64,000 nt of DNA from Candidatus Hydrothermarchaeota archaeon (GTDB taxonomy: Archaea > CAYFZR01), in the NCBI GenBank assembly GCA_046760505.1, contig JBHIEG010000005.1, positions 21,868 through 85,867 on the forward strand. Reading direction: 5' to 3'. A program made the translations under genes and the position numbers. Position 1 is the first letter of the stretch, and each line of letters opens with the position of its first letter. Positions 49,505 through 58,790 of this stretch are shown here, piece by piece. The notes under the pieces were generated by a model. That model was not told where the DNA came from and ran no database searches. It saw only the letters and a program-made list of their open reading frames with translations.

Positions 49505-50659
49505 TCAGGAGGGAATTATTGATCCGTATACGTAATTTACCAGAAAATTAGCGTTTTTAATAGCTTCTTCTCTTGTATTTCCATCGGCTACTATAGTTAC
49601 TATTGGTTCTCCCTTCTCAATCTTTCTACCTACATTTGGTACGTCGTATATTCCTTCTCTGTATAGATTTCTGGATACTTTACCTCTATATTTTGAAAAA
49701 ACGATCATTTTAACAGAATATTTGGTATTTTTTTTCAAAGAGGGTAAATCACCCTTAAGGGAGTCCAGATGCAACTTAATTAAATTTAGGTTATAGGCTC
49801 TTTCCACACATTCCAGGGATCCTTGGATTCTAGGATTTACTTCCACAAACCAATAATTTGAACCATCCCATACAAAATCAATGCCAACAGAGCCTACTAA
49901 ACCCAATTTTTCTATTATTTCACATGCATCCTGCGCTATTTTGTCTGAATCCTTTATGTCGAGCGGCGTTATATTTCCACAGTATCTGAATGGTTGTGTA
50001 CGTCCAAGAAATCGGGATCCAAGTATTTGTTCATTGATGGAAAGCGAAACAGCCTCTTTTCCGTTGGATATTAGGGATACGCTCGCGTGAATGCCTGAAA
50101 TATACTCCTGAGCAATGCAATCATCCTCAACAATTTTGTCAGTATGTGACTTTATGAGCCTGCAACCCTTGCCACCGGATCCGTATATAGGTTTTATCAA
50201 GAATGTTCCAAGTTCATCTAAAATTGGACTTACATCTTGATTTTTTTCAATTTTTATGGTATTCGGTACATTAAATCCCCATTTTGATAGTTTTTTAATA
50301 AGAAGATATTTATTATGAACATCTTTAACCTTCGAATAATTGTTACCAAGTATTTTTATCCCTAGGCTCTCGAGGAATTCTAGGTCGCATCCTGACGTGG
50401 GAATTATGCCGTCAACTTCATATTTTTCCAAAACTCTTAATGTAAGTTCATTTAGTTTTTTAACCTCAAATCTATCGTTAAATATTCCATCTGATTCATC
50501 TTGGTACTCCTCGAGGATAGATAAACAGTAGTCTGAATTATCAGCTAAATCCAACGATCCATAATGGTCAACAGAATAAACCTTCATACCAAGTCTTTTG
50601 GCTGAAAAAACCACGGGTCTCGTATTGTACCCTACTACTAAAACTGATTTGATTTCCAT
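49505..50659 (-). CDS. ATP-grasp protein (COG2232-like)
   Basis: KPIYGSGG, QEYISG, RYCGNITP, GIDF, EVNPRIQGS. Confidence 0.85.
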   Translation of the reverse strand: MEIKSVLVVGYNTRPVVFSAKRLGMKVYSVDHYGSLDLADNSDYCLSILEEYQDESDGIFNDRFEVKKLNELTLRVLEKYEVDGIIPTSGCDLEFLESLGIKILGNNYSKVKDVHNKYLLIKKLSKWGFNVPNTIKIEKNQDVSPILDELGTFLIKPIYGSGGKGCRLIKSHTDKIVEDDCIAQEYISGIHASVSLISNGKEAVSLSINEQILGSRFLGRTQPFRYCGNITPLDIKDSDKIAQDACEIIEKLGLVGSVGIDFVWDGSNYWFVEVNPRIQGSLECVERAYNLNLIKLHLDSLKGDLPSLKKNTKYSVKMIVFSKYRGKVSRNLYREGIYDVPNVGRKIEKGEPIVTIVADGNTREEAIKNANFLVNYVYGSIIPS

Positions 50660-51174
50660 AACTTTTTTCCTCTGTTACTAGGCAAGACGCGCACTTTTGC
50701 GTTATCAAAGGACCTATATAGTTCTTCTCCCTTGAAAAGCCTGTCTAGGAAAATTGCAAGTGCTGAAATCTCAGAATGAGGTTGATGTCCAATTGCAACG
50801 TTGTAATCCGCTATTTCGAAGATCTCAGCAGGCACCTTCTGCGAGCCGACTACTATCATCTTGTCTTTTTCTGAATTACGTATATTATCCAGAATTTCGT
50901 CTATCGGGAGACCATACATTGTTAGATGTATTATTTCCCCTCCCTTATCTTTCCACTCTTTTATTGCCTTTTTGTAGGGCACATTCGTCTTCAAGTAGAA
51001 GTTGCCTCCCCACCGGTCAACAATTTCGTTTACGGTTCGAAGAAGGGTTTCATCGTGAGTATCAGCCAAGATCATACCATCTGCGCCAAAAGCCCTTGCT
51101 GCAAGGGCTAAATGAGATGTTGTCCTCTTGTCCCTCTTTTCTCGATGACCCAACCTGAGTATTACCACTCGCAA
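50638..51174 (-). CDS. trm56: tRNA (cytidine56-2'-O)-methyltransferase
   Basis: LRLGHREKRDKRTTSH, HLTMYG, QPHSEISALA. Confidence 0.96.
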   Translation of the reverse strand: MRVVILRLGHREKRDKRTTSHLALAARAFGADGMILADTHDETLLRTVNEIVDRWGGNFYLKTNVPYKKAIKEWKDKGGEIIHLTMYGLPIDEILDNIRNSEKDKMIVVGSQKVPAEIFEIADYNVAIGHQPHSEISALAIFLDRLFKGEELYRSFDNAKVRVLPSNRGKKLWKSNQF

Positions 51175-51209
51175 TCTATCTCCTGAAAAGAGTAGATATA
51201 TTTTGCCAT

Positions 51210-52301
51210 TTATTCTTTCCGATTTAAAGATAATATCCTTTTTCTCATTTCTAAAATCCTTTCAACCGAATTTTTGAGCCTAACATCACATCTACCACAT
51301 ATGCACTCTTTCTTTACCGGACAGATCAGATATTTAGCATTGGAGTCATTCGGCTTCAAACCAAAGTTATTCAGAGTTTTTAATACCTTTGAGGGTATTT
51401 TATCCTCATAAAGCAAGTAAAAAGGCGTATTTTTTGAAGAAGGGAATAATATGTTGTTTCTTAACTCTTTTCTTTCTTTTTCTCTCCTTTTTAAAATTAC
51501 TGATGAATCATCCCTAAGATTCGGGTCTCTGAAGGGTATGCCCAGATCGGTCAGTGCAATCATGAGTTCGTCTCTCAGCGATATGTTAAAAGAATAGGTG
51601 GAGGGTGATGCAATGGTGCCCCCTCTGCGCCTGGCCCAAGGTCTTGTTTCTCCAATTGACTTGAATCCCGCCTCAATTAGAGATGAACGCATTGGGGAGG
51701 AAGATGAGTAGGTTATAAGAAAACCTGTTTCATTCATTTTATTTTTTATTAATTGAAAAAACTCTACTGTATAAAGTTCTGGAGAAAATGTTGGAGAAAA
51801 TGCATCAAATAACACCATATCGTATCCACCTTCGAGTTCTTTTACCATATCCCTTGCATCTCCGATATAAAAATTTAAGCAAATATTTTTATGTTTTGAC
51901 TCTTTTCTTTCTGAAAATAAGAAATTAGCAGCATACTCTTTATAAAGTTCATGAAATGGTTTGTAATTATTAAAATGATTTGGTAAATCAATTTTTCTAC
52001 TAATATCTAATATTTCCCTGTCTTTTTCAACCAAATCTATCCTAATTGATCTGTAATATTTAGAGTTCTCCCAAAAATACTTCAAAGCAGCAACTGTATT
52101 GTATCCTAGTCCGCTACATAAATCTAAAATTTTTATATTTTTATATAGAAAAATTACCCATACACAAGGTTTAATAAACTTAAATATGGCCTCTGATAAG
52201 GCACCATTACGGTCATGCATCGCCTCCCTTTTCTCAGTACCATTTTGCTCGAATACGAGAGTTTTGGTACCATCCTTTGTATTCAGAAGATATTTCTTCA
52301 A
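51210..52301 (-). CDS. MnmC/MnmD-like SAM methyltransferase with C-terminal Cys cluster
   Basis: TKDGTKTL..EAMH..GA..EA, LDLCSGLGYN, GDAR, DAFSP...PELYT, CPVKKECICGRC; TTG start after AGGAG. Confidence 0.82.
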   Translation of the reverse strand: MKKYLLNTKDGTKTLVFEQNGTEKREAMHDRNGALSEAIFKFIKPCVWVIFLYKNIKILDLCSGLGYNTVAALKYFWENSKYYRSIRIDLVEKDREILDISRKIDLPNHFNNYKPFHELYKEYAANFLFSERKESKHKNICLNFYIGDARDMVKELEGGYDMVLFDAFSPTFSPELYTVEFFQLIKNKMNETGFLITYSSSSPMRSSLIEAGFKSIGETRPWARRRGGTIASPSTYSFNISLRDELMIALTDLGIPFRDPNLRDDSSVILKRREKERKELRNNILFPSSKNTPFYLLYEDKIPSKVLKTLNNFGLKPNDSNAKYLICPVKKECICGRCDVRLKNSVERILEMRKRILSLNRKE

Positions 52302-52312
52302 TCCTATATCTC

Positions 52313-54235
52313 CTATATGACTGGAGCGTATTTTGTTACTGGACAGTTGTTTAAACATTCCATGCAATGTTTACATCTTTTTTCATCAATCCAGAAACTT
52401 CCGTCTTTAAAAAATATCGCGTTTTCTTTGCACTTTCCTGAACAAATTCCACAGGAAACGCATTTAATAGACCTGTACACGATTTCTGCTATTAAATTTG
52501 AAACTTCTTTTAATTCCTCTTTCTTATATCCCCTTATTACGACATTGCCGTTTCTTGATATCCATGCGCTATTTCCATTCCATCTTATCATTACTATTCC
52601 AAGGTCTTTGTTTAAAATGGGTTTCGCTATACAGTTCATCAGGTTAGCTGTTTTTTCTATATCCAGAGCAGTATTAAATGAACCTTCTATCGATATTTTC
52701 TTTTCTCCCAGACACGGTCTAAGTCCAGAAACCAGTTTGAGGTCTGAAACTTTATCATGAACCTTTTTAGGCTTTATATCAACATTCAATTCTTTAGCGA
52801 TCGCCAGTTGAGACTTCGGAAGTTTTTGCCATCTCCAAAAGCCGAATTTATACCATTCCTTTGAATACCCCCTCTCTTCAGACCATTTAGAGATCAGATT
52901 ATCCCATTTTTCCCATAAATCCGGATGGATCTCAATTACCCTTCTAAATTCAGCCATATCTGATGATGGACACATCCAGCACCCTATCCTCTCAAAACCA
53001 TTCTCGTAGAGAGGATTGTACCTTAAACCCTTCCAGAATATGTAGAGCCAAACCTGGAGGGCACTCCAGTCAAATATAGGGCTGGCACCTATCTGCCCCG
53101 GTACCCATGGATTCTTCCATATTTTACTTTGTCTGGCCCTGTTTTCTGATTCATATTTCCTTTGTCCAACAAAGGTCAAACAACCCCTGGGGAAATGTTT
53201 TTTTATGAGGGTCGTCATCGGTCCGAGTTTGCATGTTTTGCAGCACCATCTGTAGTCTCTACCGGGAGGGCCGAATTTTGAAAATGCCCTCCAGAATTCG
53301 TCTGATTTCTTTGTTTTTACGTCAACTTCAAGATCTCTGAGCAAATTCTCCGTATATTTTAATGTCTCAGGAAACTCCAATCCTGTGTCGACAAACAATA
53401 CGGAGAGGTCTAATCCCTCTTCATCACAAACTTCCCTTACTATATTTAGCGTGACTAGGCTATCCTTGCCACCGCTGAATGCCACGCAAACATCTCTGTT
53501 TACATTTTCTATGACGTTTTTTGCAAATTTTTTTGCTCTCCTTTCTTCTCTCTCTAAAACATTTTCGTTTGCATCAATCACGTCTTTCCAGTCTTGCCCG
53601 GGTTTGGCTGATATATTGCTAGGAAAACCGTGTCTTCTTATCTTAACCGCCAATCCTTTGGTATTTTGCATTTCATTAGCATTTTTGTAGGCTATACCCA
53701 AGGCTATTACCTCATTCCTATGATTTAATACGTAAACCTCATCTCCCTTTTTTATACTCCCCTCTACATCTGTTACTCCAGGAGAGAGGAGATTCTTTCC
53801 TTCGAGTACAGCATCTCCCGCTCCTGAGTCACATCTCACCCACTTCTTTCCCCCGGCCTTGTTAATCAGCGCGGCAGATTCTAGTCTCAGGCGGGGCTTG
53901 AATTTGCTATTTTGCAAAGAATATTGAACTGATGCTATTACTTTACCATCAACTATTATTTCGTCCATCTTATCTATAGAAGGAGCATTGTTTAGTAAAA
54001 TAATTTTGTCTGGTGGAATAACAATATTTCCTATACCGTTACCATAGTCTTCATCGAAAACCTTTCTCATCAAATCAATGTCGTAATCAAACGCTGGCCT
54101 TATGTCCCCGGGGGGTGTTACCTCTATTTTTCTCCCTGAGGATCCGCATTTATTGCATCTATCTCCTAGCAGAGGAACATTGCATTTCTCGCACCAAAAG
54201 TGCTCTAATTTTGCAAGGTAAACTGGCTTGCCCAT
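52313..54235 (-). CDS. PAPS-reductase-family protein with Zn ribbon, PUA and 4Fe-4S domains
   Basis: CEKCNVP..CNKCG, PUA (LLSPGV), SGGKDS, WCCKTCK, RIGCWMCP, two C-terminal ferredoxin motifs. Confidence 0.88.
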   Translation of the reverse strand: MGKPVYLAKLEHFWCEKCNVPLLGDRCNKCGSSGRKIEVTPPGDIRPAFDYDIDLMRKVFDEDYGNGIGNIVIPPDKIILLNNAPSIDKMDEIIVDGKVIASVQYSLQNSKFKPRLRLESAALINKAGGKKWVRCDSGAGDAVLEGKNLLSPGVTDVEGSIKKGDEVYVLNHRNEVIALGIAYKNANEMQNTKGLAVKIRRHGFPSNISAKPGQDWKDVIDANENVLEREERRAKKFAKNVIENVNRDVCVAFSGGKDSLVTLNIVREVCDEEGLDLSVLFVDTGLEFPETLKYTENLLRDLEVDVKTKKSDEFWRAFSKFGPPGRDYRWCCKTCKLGPMTTLIKKHFPRGCLTFVGQRKYESENRARQSKIWKNPWVPGQIGASPIFDWSALQVWLYIFWKGLRYNPLYENGFERIGCWMCPSSDMAEFRRVIEIHPDLWEKWDNLISKWSEERGYSKEWYKFGFWRWQKLPKSQLAIAKELNVDIKPKKVHDKVSDLKLVSGLRPCLGEKKISIEGSFNTALDIEKTANLMNCIAKPILNKDLGIVMIRWNGNSAWISRNGNVVIRGYKKEELKEVSNLIAEIVYRSIKCVSCGICSGKCKENAIFFKDGSFWIDEKRCKHCMECLNNCPVTKYAPVI

Positions 54236-54303
54236 TCTATCTACCTTAACAGTTATGGTTATAAGGTTGTACGTAATAAGTATTTATACCCTAATTTGAA
54301 AGA

Positions 54304-54675
54304 GTGAGACTCATGCCTGAAGTAAACTACAAAGAGATCGGCGAGAAATTAATTGGATTGGAAGGTGTAACATCGGTGGCTTTTTTCTACGATGGTTTAC
54401 CGGTTGAAACCATTGGCGAACTATCGGATCACGAACACATCTCAGCAATGAGTGAGGAAATGGTCAGATCCGGCATAAAAATCGCCAAAGAACTAGGTAT
54501 CGGTGATTTTGAGATGCTTGTGCTTGATAGCAAGAACAACAAACTACTTTTTTTCTCATTTGGAGAAGTGGCTGCAGTCATACTAACAGATCCAAAGCAG
54601 GCACCGAACCTCACCGAACTTGAACTAAAGATAAGGCTCGAATGTCTCAAAATTAAAAGAGACTACGGTCTTTAG
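54304..54675 (+). CDS. Roadblock/LC7 protein (second copy)
   Basis: GVTSVAFFYDGLPVE...SAM...ELGIGDFEMLVLDS. Confidence 0.75.
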   Translation: MRLMPEVNYKEIGEKLIGLEGVTSVAFFYDGLPVETIGELSDHEHISAMSEEMVRSGIKIAKELGIGDFEMLVLDSKNNKLLFFSFGEVAAVILTDPKQAPNLTELELKIRLECLKIKRDYGL

Positions 54676-54704
54676 AATTTTAGATTTTCACAAATTCTAT
54701 CACG

Positions 54705-54732
54705 ATCCAATAATATCTCTATATTATTGGAT
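54705..54732. repeat. perfect 28-bp inverted repeat upstream of xerA (candidate dif-like site or operator)
   Basis: ATCCAATAATA-TCTCTA-TATTATTGGAT. Confidence 0.6.
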
Positions 54733-54833
54733 AATAAAGAATTTTAAGGGGAGTTAGAATAATCGGGTTATTAAAAATCGTCTGACACACGTCTTAAAAC
54801 TCTTTTTATACTTTATCGTTCAACTTTAAGGGT

Positions 54834-55658
54834 ATGGAATCACTAAATTTATTCATAAATGAAAAGAGGCTGTCATCAAGTAACTTAACGATAAAACAAT
54901 ATCGACACGTACTTCTTTCTTTCAGAAACTACGTAAAAAAAGATCTTAATGAAGTGAAAAGGGAGGAAATTATAAGTTACCTAAACCACTTGATCTATGA
55001 AAAGAATCTCAAGAAGAGCACCGTAAGCACAATACTTAGAACAATAAAATCTTTTTATAATTTTCTATATGAAAACGGATATATTGCTAAAAATCCGGCA
55101 AAAAACATCTCTAACATAAAATATGAGAAAAGACCTCCAAGTTATCTCTCGATAAGTGAGGTGAAGTTACTGATAGATACAGCAAGCAATGAACGAGACT
55201 ATTTGATGATTTATCTTTTGTATTACACAGGAATCAGGGTTTCTGAGATCGTTAACATCAGGGTGCAAGACATAGATTTTGATGGTCTCATGATTAAGGT
55301 AAAGGGGAAGGGAGAAAAAACAAGATACCTGATCATAAACGAACATCTCGCGGATTTAATCAGGGAGTACATCAAGAATAATGATATCAGTGAAAGATTG
55401 TTCGATGTCACTCCTTGGACGGTTCAGCACGTGGTAAAAACGACCGCGAGAAGAGCGGGTATAAAAAAGAACGTTACTCCGCACAAGTTAAGACATAGTT
55501 TTGCGACCCATTTATTGCAGAATAAGGTAAGTATCAGGGCAATACAAAAATTGCTTGGTCACAGCAGCCTAAACACAACCCAGATATATACTCACTATGA
55601 GCTGAGTGATTTGAAGGAAATAATTAAGGAGGCACATCCAATGAATGCTAAACCCTGA
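54834..55658 (+). CDS. xerA: XerA-type tyrosine recombinase
   Basis: TGIRVSE, KGKGEKTR, TPHKLRHSFATHLL, LLGHSSLNTTQIYTH. Confidence 0.9.
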   Translation: MESLNLFINEKRLSSSNLTIKQYRHVLLSFRNYVKKDLNEVKREEIISYLNHLIYEKNLKKSTVSTILRTIKSFYNFLYENGYIAKNPAKNISNIKYEKRPPSYLSISEVKLLIDTASNERDYLMIYLLYYTGIRVSEIVNIRVQDIDFDGLMIKVKGKGEKTRYLIINEHLADLIREYIKNNDISERLFDVTPWTVQHVVKTTARRAGIKKNVTPHKLRHSFATHLLQNKVSIRAIQKLLGHSSLNTTQIYTHYELSDLKEIIKEAHPMNAKP

Positions 55659-56139
55659 GTTTACCTTCCATTTTGCCTATCTTTTTCAACAATTCAGCCT
55701 TCTTTGAACTGGAATTTTTGGATCTAATCTTTGTACCTTTTATCAATGCTTTATATCTACCCAGTAATCTTTTAACTATTGCCTTTTCCTTTTTTGTCAG
55801 GGATTTTCCCTTGATCTCGGCCGATAGTCTCTCCAGGGCTTCATCATATTTTTTCAATTTTAAATCGATTTCTTTTGGTTTTTCCTCAATTTCATTCAGG
55901 AAATCTTTTAGTCTGCTTGAAACATTTAACCCCTTTTCGGTTAGTTTAACGTATTTTTTCCTTCCAATCTTCTCTGAAATTAAAAAACCATCTTTTTCCA
56001 GTTCTTGAACCAAATTGAGGGTGTAGGCGTAGGTTGTATCTATTTCTTTGGACAATTCGTGGACATATGTTTTTTTCTCACTTTCTATGGCGAGCAAAAG
56101 TTTGCATGGCTTTTCTACCAGAAATTTCCAGGCAGACAT
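55648..56139 (-). CDS. winged-helix (MarR-like) transcription regulator
   Basis: YVHELSKEIDTTYAYTLNLVQELEKDG..GRKKYVKLTEKG plus helical C-terminal tail. Confidence 0.8.
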   Translation of the reverse strand: MSAWKFLVEKPCKLLLAIESEKKTYVHELSKEIDTTYAYTLNLVQELEKDGFLISEKIGRKKYVKLTEKGLNVSSRLKDFLNEIEEKPKEIDLKLKKYDEALERLSAEIKGKSLTKKEKAIVKRLLGRYKALIKGTKIRSKNSSSKKAELLKKIGKMEGKLRV

Positions 56140-56314
56140 ATTAATCACATTATGTTTTTTAAATTATATTTATTTTTTAATATTTATATTTTTCTATTTT
56201 ATTTTATATAATTATTTAAAAAAATATAAAATAACGAATAAGTTTTTGTATATAAAATGATTTCTGTATGAAATAAAGAGTGTGTTGAAAAATAGTTGCG
56301 AAATAAAATTTAGT

Positions 56315-57649
56315 TTATGATTTTGAAAAGAGATTGGATGTTATTATGCTCTCTAGGTTATAAATGAAGTTTTCTTCTTCCCCTTTTGGTATAATAGCGC
56401 CTGCTGCCACATTATGACCTCCTCCTGAACCTCCAACAAGTTTTGCAGCTGAATATAAGGCAGATGCTAGGTTGATGTTCATTTGAGGGGAGATCCTTGC
56501 AGATACCTTTATTTTGCTGTTATCTGTATTTGCCAGTCCTAAATTTACACGATCATCAGGTAAAATTCCAGAACTTACAGCTATTCCCAGAATTGTTCCT
56601 ATCATCGTGTCCTTAATTTTATCTCTCGCGTAGAAGTACTGCAAATTACCATGTACAATTGGATCCTTTTTTCTAATGTAGTTTAATCCGTCGATTATTT
56701 GAGTTCTGTAAAGGTCTAGAAGTTTTCTTGCGAAAAGGAGATCTTTTTCCCTGTCTCCCAGGCATACCGATAGTCCGACCTCAGGGTGATCTGTTCTTGC
56801 AGTTGCGTTTAAAAGGGTGGAAAATTCTTTAGCATCTCTGAGTTCGGAGCCCTTTGGCTCATTTGGGAATGTATAGACGTAACCTATCAAATTTTTTGTT
56901 GTATCTACCGGTACATTGGATTTAAACATAAGATAGACAAGTTTAGTTATCAAACGCCTTTTTTCATGAAGAGTTAGCTCGGACCATCGCTTGTTCCTGA
57001 TACCAATGGAACTTAAAAATGAAAAGCACGACTTAATGTTTCCTGTCATTCCGGGGATAAACGGATCAGACGAGTAGCAGAGTAGATTCGCTATCTTTTT
57101 TGTTTCCTTTCCATAAAGTCTGATATCCTTTTCTTCCTGGACAACCCCTCTTTCGCATCCTTTTTTCAGGAACCAGCGATTTAAGCCGATTAACTTTCCG
57201 TTTCGATCTTGCCTGTCTCCTATTGCTCCCAAAATGGAGAGGGAGAAAAATCTTGAATTTTCTCTGGACTGTAGATAGGAAAATAATCCCAGTAAGCCGG
57301 AAGCCGAAATTTCCTCGGAACCGCTGAATCCAAAGTTAAACGGATTTATGACTCCCTGATTCAGGGTGTAATGGTGATCGAATACGATGGAATTTAAATT
57401 CGGATCTATATTCAGATCAGTGGCAACAACGAATTCTGAATATTTTTTTAGGTCAACCTCTCCTGAAGATTTTAAGAATTCGACCGAGTAGTCTATGTTT
57501 AAATTTCTGAGAACATTTATCAATATGGCAGATGCTGCGATCCCGTCTGCATCGCAGTGAGAGAGTACCTTGACTTCTCGTTGCCTTTTAAGTTCGTGCA
57601 ACGCCGTCCTCAAGGTTTTTAGCAATCGGTTGAAATGCTTTCTATTCAT
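56315..57649 (-). CDS. second RecJ/Cdc45(GAN)-like DHH nuclease paralog
   Basis: HCDADG, DHH, GAIGDRQ, DPFIPG, ELRDAKEFSTLLNA, GGGHNVAAG; clearly alignable with 13561-14955. Confidence 0.85.
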   Translation of the reverse strand: MNRKHFNRLLKTLRTALHELKRQREVKVLSHCDADGIAASAILINVLRNLNIDYSVEFLKSSGEVDLKKYSEFVVATDLNIDPNLNSIVFDHHYTLNQGVINPFNFGFSGSEEISASGLLGLFSYLQSRENSRFFSLSILGAIGDRQDRNGKLIGLNRWFLKKGCERGVVQEEKDIRLYGKETKKIANLLCYSSDPFIPGMTGNIKSCFSFLSSIGIRNKRWSELTLHEKRRLITKLVYLMFKSNVPVDTTKNLIGYVYTFPNEPKGSELRDAKEFSTLLNATARTDHPEVGLSVCLGDREKDLLFARKLLDLYRTQIIDGLNYIRKKDPIVHGNLQYFYARDKIKDTMIGTILGIAVSSGILPDDRVNLGLANTDNSKIKVSARISPQMNINLASALYSAAKLVGGSGGGHNVAAGAIIPKGEEENFIYNLESIITSNLFSKS

Positions 57650-57882
57650 GATTAATCCTCAATAAATGATTTATTTATTTTTTAATTACTATTGAACGCT
57701 CATATATTAAAAATCTTTCGATTTTGTCAGACAATTTAAAAAATAAGAATATATAATAGTTAACTCAATTAAAGAAGAATAATTTGATTCGTAAACATGG
57801 TAGATAGGCATTCAAATATAAATGGGAAATTCAGTTAATAGGGCAAAAAAGAGATAAGGAGAATCAACAGAAAAATGGTGAT

Positions 57883-58551
57883 ATGATGAAAGTATTTGAT
57901 GGAATCTATTTTATTCCGGGTAGAATGTATGACTCAAACGTTATATTTCTAAAAGGAGACATAAATGCCATTGTAGATACTGGAACCGGCAGTTTCGTAG
58001 AATACTTGATCCAAGAAATAAGGAAATGCGGCTCTGGCATAGAAGATATTGACTGGATAATAGATACACACTGTCATCATGATCATACAGGTGGTAATTT
58101 TGAGATAAAGAGAAAAAGCAAGGCCAAGATAGCGATTCATGAGAAAGACTTAAGACCACTTCAGGAAGGAGATCAGAGAGTCACTGGAGCATGGATTTTT
58201 GGTCAGACAGCGGTACCGGTTAAGGTGGAAAGAAAATTAAAAGAGGGCGATGTGTTAAAACTTGGAAACTATGATTTTGAGGTTATTCATGCGCCGGGAC
58301 ATACCATTGGCTGCATATGTCTTTACAATGCTGAGAATCAGATTCTAATCTCAGGAGATGTTGTCTTTTCCCATGGAGGAATAGGAAGGGTTGATACGCC
58401 CACAGGAAACAGCAGTCAAATGAAAGAATCCATAAAAAGACTTACAAAACTGGATGTTGAAATATTGCTTCCTGGTCACGGCCCATCTGTATCTAAGAAG
58501 GCAAAAGAGCACATACTGAAATCTTATAAGATGGCTGAGATGTTTCTTTAA
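57883..58551 (+). CDS. metallo-beta-lactamase fold hydrolase (glyoxalase II-like)
   Basis: THCHHDHTGG, PGHT, SGD, PGHG. Confidence 0.9.
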   Translation: MMKVFDGIYFIPGRMYDSNVIFLKGDINAIVDTGTGSFVEYLIQEIRKCGSGIEDIDWIIDTHCHHDHTGGNFEIKRKSKAKIAIHEKDLRPLQEGDQRVTGAWIFGQTAVPVKVERKLKEGDVLKLGNYDFEVIHAPGHTIGCICLYNAENQILISGDVVFSHGGIGRVDTPTGNSSQMKESIKRLTKLDVEILLPGHGPSVSKKAKEHILKSYKMAEMFL

Positions 58552-58788
58552 ATGGAGGTTAGGAATATTTTAAACAGGCTGAAATGGCATCCTGATGAAA
58601 GTCTTGAGGAAGTAGAGATTAAAATAATCCACAGGGGCGAGAAAGGAGACTCAAAAATAATCATGGGCAGGGATATAGAAAAACTTGAGAGGAGTTTCCT
58701 CGTAACAAATGACGGTACTTGGATACCCTATCATAGAGTAATCGAGATAAGGAGGGAGAATGAAATACTGTGGAAAAAGGAGATATAG
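58552..58788 (+). CDS. DUF504 / MJ1316-like RNA repair domain protein
   Basis: ILNRLKWH, IIHRG, IPYHRVIEI. Confidence 0.88.
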   Translation: MEVRNILNRLKWHPDESLEEVEIKIIHRGEKGDSKIIMGRDIEKLERSFLVTNDGTWIPYHRVIEIRRENEILWKKEI

Positions 58789-58790
58789 GA

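Noticed and set aside
47123-55658. Integrated element between tRNA-Thr and the tyrosine recombinase
   Set aside because: No duplicated tRNA 3' end was found, the intervening genes are housekeeping, and the recombinase looks like chromosomal XerA
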